A stretch of DNA of 64,000 bases from an uncultured Gemmatimonadales bacterium (GCA_963809895.1 CAWELD010000003.1:2176001-2240000), one strand, 5' to 3'; positions 39,227 to 49,413 are shown, counted from the stretch's first letter. Translations and numbers: made by a program. The notes: a model not told the origin generated them from the letters alone.

Positions 39227-41506
39227 TCAGCCGCCGTCGCCTCCCGGCCGGTAGCTCTTCACGGCGTGAGCCTCCACCTCGGCCCGCGTGAACCACGCCG
39301 GCTTGAACATGCGCTGGGCGTACAGCGGCGCCTGATCGAAGAAGTGGGATGAGGCGGAGTCCGCGCTCTGACCGAACACGGAGACCGAGCGCGCGCTGGG
39401 CTCGGGCCCGAACTCGACGACTTTCAGCATGGAGTTGCCGGCCACGCCGTAGCGGCGATCCGCCAGGCCCGATGGCGCTCCGCCCGCATTCGTCGTGTAG
39501 AAGGCGAACACGGCGCCGTTGGCGCCACCCACGGACAGACTGGGCAGGGCGTCGCTGAACGAGGCCGGATCGTCGTCGGGGGGACGCTGCAATCGGTTCA
39601 CCTGGCCCCAGGGGACCTCGATGGTGCCCCACCGCTCGCGGAGCGCCCTCAACGTTCGGGCCAGAGCCGTCAGCTCGGGCCAGCCACCGACCGCTTCCGA
39701 TGGCGAGCGCTCGGCGCGCGCCTGCAGCGCGAGCTCGAACCAGGTGGTCTCCACGGACTCGATGCGGGCCTCGCGGTCCCAGGCCAGGAGCCTGGGCATG
39801 GCCACCTCCAGATCCGGACGGTCGGCCTCCCCGACGACCGCTTGTAGCTCCCTCCACTGGGATTCGAGCACCGGGACCAGGGTATCGGCCATGGACAGGT
39901 GCGTGTCCCACACGGCCCGGGCGAAGTGGTCGAGGGTGACCCCACGCATGGCCCGGAGCGCACGCAGGCTGCTGCGAGCTCGGGGATTGTCGGTCTCGCC
40001 GCCGATCATGTAGGGAGGAAAGTCGGACCTGGCGAAGGGAGCGGGCGCGGTGGCCACCATGGGCGCGGAGTTGGTGTTGAGCAGGAAGCCCGACTCGGGA
40101 TTCAGGACCTGCGGCAGCTCGTCCAGCGCGTGGTAGCCCTGCCACTCGGTGCCCGGATCGGCGCCGTCCACGGGGTCGGCCCAGTCCAGCGACGGGTCAC
40201 GCCTGGGCACCGCCGAGTTGTAGAGGTACCAGATGTTCCCGTCAGCGTCGGCGTACATGAGGTTCATGTACGGGATGGCGAGCCGGGAGACGGCGCTCCG
40301 GAACTCGGCCAGCGAGGACGCGCCGATCATGGCGTCGAGCTGATCGGCCCAACCACCCTCCTCGAGCCTGGCGAGCCTGGCCGCCAGAGGGCGGCCCGCC
40401 GCGTCCAATCCGACCACCGGGCCGTGGTGTGTCTTCCAGAAGCGCAGCGTGCGCTCCTCCACCCCGCCTTCGGTGCTCACCTGCACCTGTTCGGTCCAGG
40501 TGGCGGCCTGGCGGCGATCACCCCCGTAGCGGTAGGTGAGCGGGCTCGACGCATCGTCGAAGTGCTCGACGTACAGGTCTCCGATGTCGGCATAGTTGTC
40601 GGTGAACGCCCAGCCCAGGCGCTCGTTGTTGCCCATGTACGGCAGCACGAAGCCGAAGCGCGTGAGGCCGCTGAAGACCAATCCCTCGTCGCTGTGGAGG
40701 TGGAGCTCGAAGTAGCGCTGCACCCCGAAGAAGGACTGATGGGGATTCACCAGCAGCATGGCGTGGCCGCTGGCGGTGCGGGACGGAGCCAGCGCCCACT
40801 CGTTGGAGCCCAGCGGCCGCTCGCCGGTGGGTCCGCGGGGGGCTTCGGCGTAGCGGAGGATGGACCCGGCGGAATATCCCGTGGCCGCCTCGGGCTCCGA
40901 CGAGTGCCCATCCCCGGAGCGGGTCACGGCCGGTGAGGCGGCGCCCACGGGCCAGCCACGCTCCACGAGCGCCTGCAACATGGACCTGCGGAAGCCGGCG
41001 TAGCCGAGGAACTCGAGCTCGTGATATTTGAAGCGGAGCAGCGCCAGGGGATACCAGGGCTCCACGTGGTCCAGCCAACGGCCCTCGTCGGGGTGCGCCG
41101 CGAGCCAGGCGTTGAAGCCGTCGGCATAGGCCTCGAGCAGTCCCCGCATGCGGGGAGACGCCGCCTCGTATTCCTCCCGCGAGAGGCGCGGAATCTCGAG
41201 GGCGCGCGCCAGATAGTCGTCGCCCAGCGCCTCCGGGCCCAGGAACTCCGCGGCTCGCCCCACGGAGCGCGTGAAATTCTCGTCCACCAGGGGCCAGTCC
41301 GCCTCGGCTTCCACCCAGGCCGACGCGAACACCACGCTGCGGTCCGTGGGCCCGAAGATGTGCGACACTCCGTAGCCGTCGACGTAGACCACGGCGCCGG
41401 TGTCGGCGGGAATGTGAAGGGCCGAGCCGGGTGAGGGTCGGGCCCCCACCTGGCCCGCGAGCAGCCAGAAGCCGAGGGGCAGAAGGGCCGTCCGCCGATG
41501 CCTCAC
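39227..41506 (-). CDS. Penicillin/cephalosporin acylase family Ntn hydrolase
   Basis: DGYGVSHIFG, autocleavage site GSNEWALAPSRTASGHAMLLVNPH, THHGPVV, NLMYADADGNI, SSHFFDQA. Confidence 0.92.
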   Translation of the reverse strand: MRHRRTALLPLGFWLLAGQVGARPSPGSALHIPADTGAVVYVDGYGVSHIFGPTDRSVVFASAWVEAEADWPLVDENFTRSVGRAAEFLGPEALGDDYLARALEIPRLSREEYEAASPRMRGLLEAYADGFNAWLAAHPDEGRWLDHVEPWYPLALLRFKYHELEFLGYAGFRRSMLQALVERGWPVGAASPAVTRSGDGHSSEPEAATGYSAGSILRYAEAPRGPTGERPLGSNEWALAPSRTASGHAMLLVNPHQSFFGVQRYFELHLHSDEGLVFSGLTRFGFVLPYMGNNERLGWAFTDNYADIGDLYVEHFDDASSPLTYRYGGDRRQAATWTEQVQVSTEGGVEERTLRFWKTHHGPVVGLDAAGRPLAARLARLEEGGWADQLDAMIGASSLAEFRSAVSRLAIPYMNLMYADADGNIWYLYNSAVPRRDPSLDWADPVDGADPGTEWQGYHALDELPQVLNPESGFLLNTNSAPMVATAPAPFARSDFPPYMIGGETDNPRARSSLRALRAMRGVTLDHFARAVWDTHLSMADTLVPVLESQWRELQAVVGEADRPDLEVAMPRLLAWDREARIESVETTWFELALQARAERSPSEAVGGWPELTALARTLRALRERWGTIEVPWGQVNRLQRPPDDDPASFSDALPSLSVGGANGAVFAFYTTNAGGAPSGLADRRYGVAGNSMLKVVEFGPEPSARSVSVFGQSADSASSHFFDQAPLYAQRMFKPAWFTRAEVEAHAVKSYRPGGDGG

Positions 41507-41518
41507 GTTCCTGCCACC

Positions 41519-42457
41519 CTACTCGCTCCCGCTCTGCCGCGTGCCGCGAGCCATGACGTTGTCGTCGGGGTCCCGGACGACGAAGGCCGGATGCTGGCCA
41601 TCCTGTGCAGCCTCGAACTCGAAGAACGAGCCTTCCCACGTCTCCCAGAGCTCCCCGTCGTACGCCTCGCCCGGCAGGAACCAACCGTCGACGCCGTCCA
41701 CGGGCAGGAGCCACATGTCCAGGCCGTTGAGCCACTCGCTCATCTGCGGGTCCGGCCCCGGCGGGAGTCCCTCCCAGTCGGCGTGCAGGATGCCGTCGTC
41801 CGTCCGGAAGAAACGCATCGTGAAGGGGGGACCCGGCTGGCCGTCGGGTCCCGTCATCTTCACATCGAAGGTCCCGAGCACCGGAGCCGCCTCGTCATCG
41901 GTCGCGGCGATGCGCATGCTGGGCTCCACCTTCACGTCGAAGGCGACGCGGCTCGTGCCCCAGCGCAGCGCCAGAGTCCCGCCGTCGTTGCGGATGTCCT
42001 CGAAGTCCCAGGTCAGGAGTTCCCGGAACGGGGCCTCCTCCACCGTCGCCGGAATGACGATCTGATCGTCTGCCGGGGGCGGTCCCATGGTGTGGAAGAT
42101 CAGCGTGTCCGGCTCGAAGAAGAGCTCGGTGGGGACGAAGTGCTCATCGGTGCGGAACCACAGCGAGTAGGTCCCAGCGGGGATAGAGGTACCCGCGAAT
42201 TCGATGGGCTTCTGGAAGGAGATCTTGGTGCCGTAGTTGGCCCCGGGTGTCCACACGTGCTCCCACACGATGCCCCCGTCGCCAAAGACCTTGTCCCGAC
42301 CCCGCATGCGGGGACGGTAGTACTCGACGCGGAACTCGGTGCCGTCGATCGTCTGGTAGAGCGTGGACGGCTCGCTGGCGCGGATCTGCGCAGCGGCGTG
42401 GGGCGCGTCGAGGGGCAGGAGGGCCACGGCGACGAGCAGGGAGGGTCCGAGCTTCAT
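41519..42457 (-). CDS. DUF2911 domain protein
   Basis: Signal peptide, VEYYRPRMRGR..FG..WTPGAN, IPAGTYSLW. Confidence 0.8.
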   Translation of the reverse strand: MKLGPSLLVAVALLPLDAPHAAAQIRASEPSTLYQTIDGTEFRVEYYRPRMRGRDKVFGDGGIVWEHVWTPGANYGTKISFQKPIEFAGTSIPAGTYSLWFRTDEHFVPTELFFEPDTLIFHTMGPPPADDQIVIPATVEEAPFRELLTWDFEDIRNDGGTLALRWGTSRVAFDVKVEPSMRIAATDDEAAPVLGTFDVKMTGPDGQPGPPFTMRFFRTDDGILHADWEGLPPGPDPQMSEWLNGLDMWLLPVDGVDGWFLPGEAYDGELWETWEGSFFEFEAAQDGQHPAFVVRDPDDNVMARGTRQSGSE

Positions 42458-42567
42458 GGCGGGATTCTCGTAGGGGGTGGATGTCCCGCCAACCTGGGGA
42501 CCGAGGCGGGCGACGCGCAACGAGACCGTCGATTTCTCGACCACCCGCCCTCGGCCCCTCATCAGCC

Positions 42568-42969
42568 TCACATGCGGGGAGAGATCGTCGGCTGCTCCAC
42601 CCGGGTTTGCACGTTGAACGTGGGCGGCTGCTCCAGGTGCTTCTTCACGGCGCACTGATCGGCGGCGCGGACGAGGGCGGCGTGATAGCGCTCGGGAAAG
42701 TCGGGCGGGACCACGATGTCCAGATCCACCGACGTGACCATGTGGGTTACGGGGTTGGCATGCACCCGTTGGACCACTCGAACTCCCTCGGTGGACAGGC
42801 CCCGGTGCTTGCAGAAGCTCAGCACGTAGATGCCGGCGCAGGTGCCGATGGACGCCAGGAACAACCCGAACGGAGCCGGGGCCGAACCGTCCTGGTCGGT
42901 GTGCACGGTCAGGGGTCCCAGGTGAGCGTCCACCCCGAGTCCACCCGGAAAAGTGATCTCCATGTCCAC
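42568..42969 (-). CDS. OsmC family protein
   Basis: TDQDGSAPAPFGLFLASIGTCAG..DQCAVKKHL (two Cys), with RBS AGGAGG. Confidence 0.88.
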   Translation of the reverse strand: MDMEITFPGGLGVDAHLGPLTVHTDQDGSAPAPFGLFLASIGTCAGIYVLSFCKHRGLSTEGVRVVQRVHANPVTHMVTSVDLDIVVPPDFPERYHAALVRAADQCAVKKHLEQPPTFNVQTRVEQPTISPRM

Positions 42970-43061
42970 GTCGTATCCTCCTGCTCGGATGACATTCTCG
43001 AGACGGGTGGCGGGAGCGCGGCCCCTTCCGAGGCACGGGAAAGCCCGGCGCTCCGTATCAT

Positions 43062-43109
43062 AGTAATATTGCTATATCTTTATATTACGATGCATTGGGC
43101 GTTTGTCAA
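43062..43109 (-). promoter_or_regulatory. Sigma-70-like promoter with overlapping AT-rich inverted repeat upstream of the OsmC gene
   Basis: Minus strand TTGACA-16-TAATAT, overlapping the dyad GTAATAT-N12-ATATTAC. Confidence 0.5.
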
Positions 43110-43160
43110 GCGGTTCGTCGGAGCTTTGCACAAAGCCGAACCGCCCTGTAGCATCCGGTC

Positions 43161-44938
43161 ATGCGTACCTTCCTCATCGTCAGCCTGGTGGCCACTGCCT
43201 GTGCCCTTTCGCCGCCGCGGCGTGCCGCGGCCCAGAGCGCGGCGGCTCGATCCGACCCACCGCCGGCCATGGCGGCCTACCAGCGCCTGGCTCGGGAGAC
43301 GATCTCCGGCGAGCGCGCCAAGGACGTGGTGGCGTTCATGGATCACTGGTTCCGCCTGCCCGGGAACCACGGGTTCGATGCTTCGCTGGAGCGCGTGGTC
43401 GCGGCGCTGGAGGAGGCGGGCTACGTCGAGGAAGGGAGCACCGACGCCGGGACTGCCGGTGGTGCCCTGACCTATCGGCTGGAGCACCGCCCGCTCGAAC
43501 GGCCCACGTGGGAGCCCGTCTCCGCCACGCTCACGCTGGGTGGGGCCGACGACGCCGCTGCTCTCCTGGGCCACGAACCGGAACCTGGTGGCCATCAACT
43601 CCTATTCGACGCCGACCGGAGGGCGTCGAGGCCGAGGTGGTGGACGTGGGCGCGGGCGACGAGGCGGGCTTCGAGGGCAAGGACGTGGCGGGGAAGATCG
43701 TCTTCGGCGAGACGTCCGTCGGGCGGCTCTTCGCGGAGGCCGTGCAGAAGCGGGGCGCCCTGGGTGTCCTGGCGTACCGGATCCCGGCGTTCAATCACCC
43801 GGAAGAGCACCCGCACGTCATCTCCTTCTCCTCGATCCCCCAGGACTCGGTGGCGCGCTCGTGGGGACTGCTGCTCTCGTACGCGGCGCGAGAGTCACTG
43901 CGCGACGCCTTGCGCGCGGGTCCGGTGCGGGCACGCGTTCGCGTCGAGACTCGCGTCTATCCATCGGAGGAGCTGACGCTGGTGGCGGAGGTCCGGGGCA
44001 CCCGCGAGCCGGACGAACGGTTCGTGTACAGCGCCCACGTGCAGGAGCCCGGCGCCAACGACAACGCCACGGGCGTCGCCGACCTCTCGGAGGTCGCCCG
44101 CACGCTGGCCGCTGGCGTGCGCTCGGGCGTCGTTCACGCCCGCACGCACCATCACCATGATCTGGGGCGACGAGATCTCCTCCACCCGCCGTTATCTCCA
44201 GGAGGACTCCGTGCGCGCGCAGGGCGTGCGGTGGGGGCTCAGCCTGGACATGGTGGGCGAGGACACCGACAAGACCGGAGGCACCTTCCTCATCGAGAAG
44301 ATGCCGGACCCGTCGGCGGTGTGGACGCGGGGCGACGACCATCACACGGAGTGGGGCGGGAGTCCCATGACAGTGGACCAGCTCACCCCGCACTACTTCA
44401 ACGACTTCGTCCTCAACCGTTGCCTGGACCAGGGCGCGGACAACGGCTGGGTCGTGCGGACGAACCCCTTCGAAGGCGGAAGCGACCACGTCCCCTTCCT
44501 CCAGGCCGGAGTCCCCGGGGTCCTCTTCTGGCACTTCACCGACGTCTACTACCACACCGACGGCGACCGCGTCGGGATGGTGTCGCCCGTGACCCTGAAG
44601 AACGTGGGGGTGTGCGCCGCCGTCTCGGGGATGACCCTCGCCTCGGCCGACGAGGACGTCGCGTCGTTCGTGGTGCGGCGAGACGGAGAACGCCGCCCTG
44701 GACCGCCTCTCACGGGAGGAGGCGCTGAGCCGCGCCGCAGTGGCCGGAGGGCGGGGATCCCGCGGAGCAGCGCCGCATCCTGGAAGCGTGGGCGAGCTGG
44801 TACGACGGCGCTCTGGCCCATACCAGCGAGGTTCAGGTCGGTGGTTCGTCGGCCGCGGTGATGGAGTTGATCCGCAATGCGCGAGCGCGGGTCGCGGAGG
44901 CCGGACGACAGGCGGTCGCGGGGTTGGGAGGAGCCTGA
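43161..44938 (+). CDS. M28 family peptidase with PA domain, interrupted by several frameshifts
   Basis: Signal peptide; SAHVQEPGANDNATG, WGDE, SLDMVG, GGSDHVPF and YYHTDGD are spread over successive frames (shifts near 43545, 43615, 44135, 44680 and 44750). Confidence 0.8.
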
Positions 44939-44951
44939 GTCACCTGCCATC

Positions 44952-45656
44952 ATGACCTCCGCTTCCGAATCCCTCGATCCGCACGAGCGGGACTTCACGC
45001 CCGCCGAGCAACGTCTGCTCCGAGCCAAGGCGCGCGACCTCCGTCAGCGCGCCGCCGGGGGACCCAAGGCCGTTGCTCTCGGAGCGGCGGTGATCGCCGC
45101 GCTGTGGCTGGCCACCCTGGTGGCGTCGGACGCACCCTGGCCCGTCGTCACCCTCTTCTGGACGGTCGTGGGCGGAGGGATCGTGGCCTGGGTGTGGCGC
45201 GATATCCGGCGGGACCTGGGTCACGCGTCCTCATGGGCTCGGCGGATGGAGACGGCGGCGGCCCGGGGCAGAGCCCGGGTGTGGGACATCGTCTCCACAC
45301 GATACGCGGAGTTCGAGGAGTACGAGGACGAGGGAGCCTGCTGGGCCTTCGACCTCGGATCAGGGCGCATCGTCTTCGTCACGGGACAGGAGTTCTATCC
45401 GGCGCCGGGCTTCCCCAGCCTGGACTTCTCGCTGGTCGATGCGGTCGACGACAACAGCCAGGTCGTGGACTCGTGGATCGAGAAGAGAGGCGAAGCGGTG
45501 GCACCGGACCGGGTCATTCCGCGCGAGGTGAAGCTGCGCCTGGACATCCCGGAACATCTCGCCGTGATCCGTGGCGATCTCGATGACCTCGAAGAGGCCC
45601 TCACATCTGGCTCCCATGAAGAACGGCCCCCCGGAGCAACCTCCGGAGAGCCGTAA
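44952..45656 (+). CDS. Hypothetical membrane protein (2 TM)
   Basis: Two hydrophobic helices followed by an acidic domain (EFEEYEDEGACWAF); RBS GGAGGAG. Confidence 0.7.
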   Translation: MTSASESLDPHERDFTPAEQRLLRAKARDLRQRAAGGPKAVALGAAVIAALWLATLVASDAPWPVVTLFWTVVGGGIVAWVWRDIRRDLGHASSWARRMETAAARGRARVWDIVSTRYAEFEEYEDEGACWAFDLGSGRIVFVTGQEFYPAPGFPSLDFSLVDAVDDNSQVVDSWIEKRGEAVAPDRVIPREVKLRLDIPEHLAVIRGDLDDLEEALTSGSHEERPPGATSGEP

Positions 45657-45662
45657 TCGAAG

Positions 45663-45708
45663 AGTGCGCCGCCAGGGACTCGAACCCCGAACCTACTGAT
45701 TAAGAGTC
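45663..45708. repeat. att site: 46-bp duplication of the tRNA-Lys 3' part
   Basis: AGTGCGCCGCCAGGGACTCGAACCCCGAACCTACTGATTAAGAGTC is identical to 57910-57955. Confidence 0.95.
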
Positions 45709-45813
45709 GGGCCCAGAGTCCCCCCAAGTGCGGGGAAATCCCATATCCCGCGCCGGTTCTGGCTGGAAGCTCCCGGGTTCCTGAATCCACCGATACGGGG
45801 GAATCCAGCAAAC

Positions 45814-45850
45814 AACCTGACACAGAACCTGACACACCTGGACAACCTGA
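45814..45850 (+). repeat. Integrase arm-type site candidates (left end)
   Basis: AACCTGACAC at 45814 and 45826 (12-bp period) plus AACCTGA at 45844. Matching copies occur at the right end. Confidence 0.65.
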
Positions 45851-46072
45851 AGTTTCGGCTGCCCAGGCCTGCCGCTCGCACCTCGAGCTCTCCGAGCGGG
45901 AGGCGGCGGGGCGCGCCTCGGAAGGGGTGTTCGGAGGCCGCATCGGCCTAGTAGTCAGATGGCCCATGGTGCGAATGCCAAGCATTACGGGCACTTCCCA
46001 CGCACTCCGCGATCGTCCGTGCCAGATCTCGTATCAGGTTCGACCGTTTCGCGGCAGGCGCGAGGGGGCCGC

Positions 46073-46492
46073 ATGACCACCAAGAAGCGGCAGTGCGCCG
46101 GGACGAACGCGTCCGGTGAACAATGTGCCTCCCCGATCGTGGGCACAGACGGCTACTGCGCAGCACATCGTCCCGGCGGGGACGCCAGGATGCGTGAGCT
46201 CGCGATGAGAGGCGCCTTGGCGTCCCAGAAGCCCAAGGGAGTGGATCCCGAGGTTCTCGGGCCCCTGCGGACGCACGACGACGCTCAGAGGTGGCTCGAA
46301 GAGATCGGGCGGGCGGTTGTCGTCGGGCATCTTCAGGACCGACCGGCCCGCGCCGGCATCCAGGCCGTGGAAGCTTGGGTGCGGGTGGAGGGCGAGCGCC
46401 TGACGATGGAAGTCGTTGAAGACCTGAGATCCGAAGTTGAGCGGCTGAAGCGAGAGGTCGCGAGCCGCCAGGAGTTGCGGGCGCTGGGATAG
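46073..46492 (+). CDS. Candidate terminase small subunit-like protein (Cys/His knuckle + helical region)
   Basis: C-x10-C-x10-CxxH N-terminus and a coiled-coil C-terminus, upstream of terL on the same strand. The function is inferred from position. Confidence 0.55.
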   Translation: MTTKKRQCAGTNASGEQCASPIVGTDGYCAAHRPGGDARMRELAMRGALASQKPKGVDPEVLGPLRTHDDAQRWLEEIGRAVVVGHLQDRPARAGIQAVEAWVRVEGERLTMEVVEDLRSEVERLKREVASRQELRALG

Positions 46493-46878
46493 GCCAGTCA
46501 CGGTGGCGGATTCTGACACCGTGGCCGCCAGCTGGAGGATCCGGTCCCCCGGCGTACAACACACGGGATGGTCGTCGCACAAGGCGCAATCGACAAATCC
46601 GGGCAACGTCCCACCTGACGACCCGGTCCGGAGGAGCGCGCGCGACGAGCGGGCACGAGAGGAACCCGCGGGGGCTCAGCGAAGGCGGCCCCAAATCAAG
46701 AAGGCCCCGGCACGGCCGCCGATCATGCCACGGATCGGCGCGATCCCGGGACCTTCATGCTTCGCCACCGGAAAAGCGACGAAGACGCTGGGCGCGTTCT
46801 TCATTCTATAGCCCTTGGACCTGGGGAGCCACCCTCACGTATCCTCCGGCTAATGGGCGTGGCACGGCCAGGAGTCAC

Positions 46879-47178
46879 ATGTCGAGCAGACTCGAAACCG
46901 CAGAAAGGCCAGAAACGGCGCGGCATATCGTCCTCCGTGTCGGTGAGCTCATTGCCCGAGAAACCCCGACCGAGCTGGTCACGTGGCCCCTGTTGTGGAG
47001 CCTGGTTCGCGACTCCGTCGATGCCTTCTTCGATGCGGTGTGGGTGTTCGAGCACGACGACACGCCGGAAAACCGGGGGTCGGTCAATGCGGCCGTCGAC
47101 CGGCTCCTGGCTTCGTGGATCCTCGCCCGTACCCGCTGGGAAGATCAGCGGGATCCCGCCGAGAGAGGGACCGGATGA
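46879..47178 (+). CDS. Hypothetical protein
   Basis: RBS AGGAG; the stop overlaps the terL ATG (ATGA). Confidence 0.6.
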   Translation: MSSRLETAERPETARHIVLRVGELIARETPTELVTWPLLWSLVRDSVDAFFDAVWVFEHDDTPENRGSVNAAVDRLLASWILARTRWEDQRDPAERGTG

Positions 47179-48671
47179 GGCTCCGGAATCTCGACACCTA
47201 CGTCCGGAAGATCCGCCGAGAGCTCCAGGACCTGGAAGTCCGGGCGGACGTGATCGACCAGTTCGGTCGCTATCGCGAGAACCCGGTTCTCTTCGCCCGG
47301 GAGGTGCTCGGAGCCGAAAGCGCCACCCGACGGAGCACGGGCGAGGCGTATCAGTGGACCATCCTCGAAGACCTCGTCGGCCACGACCGCGTGGCGGTCC
47401 GAAGTGGGCATGGGATCGGGAAGTCCACCCTGGATGCCTGGGCGGCGCTCTGGTGGACCCTCACACGCCCGTACAGTCGGGTAGTTGTCGTGGCCCCGGA
47501 GTTCTCGAGGCAGGTGCGGGCCGTGCTGTTCGCCGAAATCCGGAAGTGGGTGCAGCGGGCACCCGTGGCCCTTCCTCTCCAGGTGATGAGCAATCGGGTG
47601 ACCGTCGATGGACACGGTGACGAGTGGGGCGTGATCGGACTGCCGGCCACCGAGCCCCACCGAATAGAGGGGTTCCACGCCGAGGGCGGTGTGCTGCTGA
47701 TCTTGGATGAGACCAAGGGAATTCCCGATGCTGTCTACGACGCGCTCCAGGGCGCTCTGACCGGTGAAAGTGGCAACCGCCTCCTGGTGAGCTCGACACC
47801 CGGGGCCCCCACCGGGATCTTTCACCGAATCTTTGCCGATGCTCGGCACGCGTGGCGTCTCCACCATCTGCCCGCATCGGACAGTTCACTCGTCTCCGAA
47901 GCCTGGGTGGAGCAGCGTCGCGAGGAATGGGGCGAGGACTCGCCGATCTACGTCGCCCGAGTGCTCGGTGAATTCCCCGAAGACGAGGAGGGCGTCCTCT
48001 ACCGGCTCGGCCTCCTTGAGGCAGCCGTCGACCGGACGTTCCAACCCGAGAAGGATACTCAGCCGGCCGTCTTCCTCGGTGTGGACCCTGCGCGGTTCGG
48101 GCCCGATCGTACGGGGCTCGCGGTGTGGCGTGGTCGCCAGCTCGTGGAGCTCGAGAGCAGGCAGGGGATGGACATCATGGAGACCGCGTCCTGGATCTCG
48201 GCTCGGATTCGCGAGCACTCGGCCTCACGTGTGCGAGTCGACGGCATTGGAATCGGGGCCGGGCTCGTGGACCGCCTGCGGCAACTCGGTCACCCGGTTG
48301 AGGACGTGAACGTGGCCCGTGCAGCGTCCCAGCCCGAGCTATTCGTGAACCAGAAGGCGGAGCTCGCGTGGAGATTCAGGGAGGCCCTGGAGGCCGGTAG
48401 TATCGGGCTGCCGGATCACGAGGGGCTACTCGCCGAGCTCTCGGCCTTCAAGTACGACTACGATCCCAAGGGGCGGATCGTCATTGGGAAGAAGGGAGAG
48501 GTCCGACGGAGCCTCGGCCGGTCCCCGGATCTCGCCGACGCGGCCCTCTTGGGGTTTGGTGCCACCCTGAGCCCAGCGGGACGCTACGCCCTGATCGGAG
48601 GGATGATGATCGACACCGAGACGTGGGAGCGTGTCATTCGTCCGCCGAGGCCGACGTGGATTATCCGGTAA
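47175..48671 (+). CDS. Phage terminase large subunit
   Basis: Walker A VAVRSGHGIGKST, Walker B LLILDE, coupling motif SSTP, ARVLGEFP, nuclease GVDPARFGPD, VDGIGIGAG, and RSPDLADA. Confidence 0.9.
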   Translation: MRLRNLDTYVRKIRRELQDLEVRADVIDQFGRYRENPVLFAREVLGAESATRRSTGEAYQWTILEDLVGHDRVAVRSGHGIGKSTLDAWAALWWTLTRPYSRVVVVAPEFSRQVRAVLFAEIRKWVQRAPVALPLQVMSNRVTVDGHGDEWGVIGLPATEPHRIEGFHAEGGVLLILDETKGIPDAVYDALQGALTGESGNRLLVSSTPGAPTGIFHRIFADARHAWRLHHLPASDSSLVSEAWVEQRREEWGEDSPIYVARVLGEFPEDEEGVLYRLGLLEAAVDRTFQPEKDTQPAVFLGVDPARFGPDRTGLAVWRGRQLVELESRQGMDIMETASWISARIREHSASRVRVDGIGIGAGLVDRLRQLGHPVEDVNVARAASQPELFVNQKAELAWRFREALEAGSIGLPDHEGLLAELSAFKYDYDPKGRIVIGKKGEVRRSLGRSPDLADAALLGFGATLSPAGRYALIGGMMIDTETWERVIRPPRPTWIIR

Positions 48672-48697
48672 GAGGTGGAACCACCGGCAGGTCTGAT

Positions 48698-48928
48698 CTA
48701 AGGGCCCGTGACCCTCGGACCCAGAGTTGTCATCTCCTCGGCCACTCTGGCGACTTCCTCGGCATGGTGCCTCATGAACGTGGCGAGTGCAGCTCGATTC
48801 TCGAGACTCGGATCCGATCGTCCCGAGCTCCACCCCTTCACGGTGTCGTAGCCGACACCGACGCCCTCAGCGATCTCCTCAAGCGGCAAGTGCAGAAGAC
48901 GGAGCGCGCTCTTCGTGTAGTCACCCAT
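48698..48928 (-). CDS. XRE/Cro-like HTH regulator
   Basis: LEEIAEGVGVGYDTVKGWSSGRSDPS. Confidence 0.75.
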   Translation of the reverse strand: MGDYTKSALRLLHLPLEEIAEGVGVGYDTVKGWSSGRSDPSLENRAALATFMRHHAEEVARVAEEMTTLGPRVTGP

Positions 48929-48931
48929 TGA

Positions 48932-48982
48932 TACACTCTCGGTGTTGAGTTCTGTGCCCCAGGACGCTACACTTTCAGTGTT
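48932..48982. promoter_or_regulatory. Twin operator-like sites directly upstream of the XRE gene
   Basis: TACACTCTCGGTGTT (48932) and TACACTTTCAGTGTT (48968); each contains the dyad ACAC-N5-GTGT. Confidence 0.6.
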
Positions 48983-49020
48983 AGCAGTGCAAGGGACGAG
49001 CCTCCAGCGAAGGCGGCACC

Positions 49021-49413
49021 ATGAGACGTGCGACTGCATCATCCGTGACCTGTCGACCAGCCCATGACATCGCCCGCCACCAGCTTCCCGATATCGAGGG
49101 GCAGAGCGCCAACGAGGTGTTGCACCAGGAATCCCGCAGGACGCTCGCACATGTACTTCGATATCGGCGCCTCCCGCAGCGGCTCCAGCTCGTGATCAAC
49201 GGTGCGGACGGTCCGATAGGCGTCGAGGCCGACGCGATCCAGGAAGCTCACGGGGTCACGCTGGTGATGCAGACGGCTCCAGAACAGGGGTTGCTGCCTC
49301 TGCGCGACGACAGCAGCGCTTGGGCCGAACTCGCGGCACGCTTTCTCAGGCCCGAGAACATCGATTCCGACGACCATGTGCCCTGTCAGGGGCAGCTGCT
49401 CCTTCTCCGTTGA
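49021..49413 (+). CDS. Hypothetical protein
   Basis: 130-aa ORF divergent from the XRE gene across the operators, with protein-like composition. A competing antisense ORF exists. Confidence 0.4.
   Translation: MRRATASSVTCRPAHDIARHQLPDIEGQSANEVLHQESRRTLAHVLRYRRLPQRLQLVINGADGPIGVEADAIQEAHGVTLVMQTAPEQGLLPLRDDSSAWAELAARFLRPENIDSDDHVPCQGQLLLLR

Noticed and set aside
43161..44938. Programmed ribosomal frameshifting in the M28 peptidase and other genes
   Set aside because: Too many shifts, no canonical slippery heptamers, and these families are not known for recoding; sequence error is more parsimonious.
45663..45708. A second tRNA-Lys gene
   Set aside because: Only the anticodon-to-3' portion is present, with no D arm or 5' acceptor strand; it is the att duplication.
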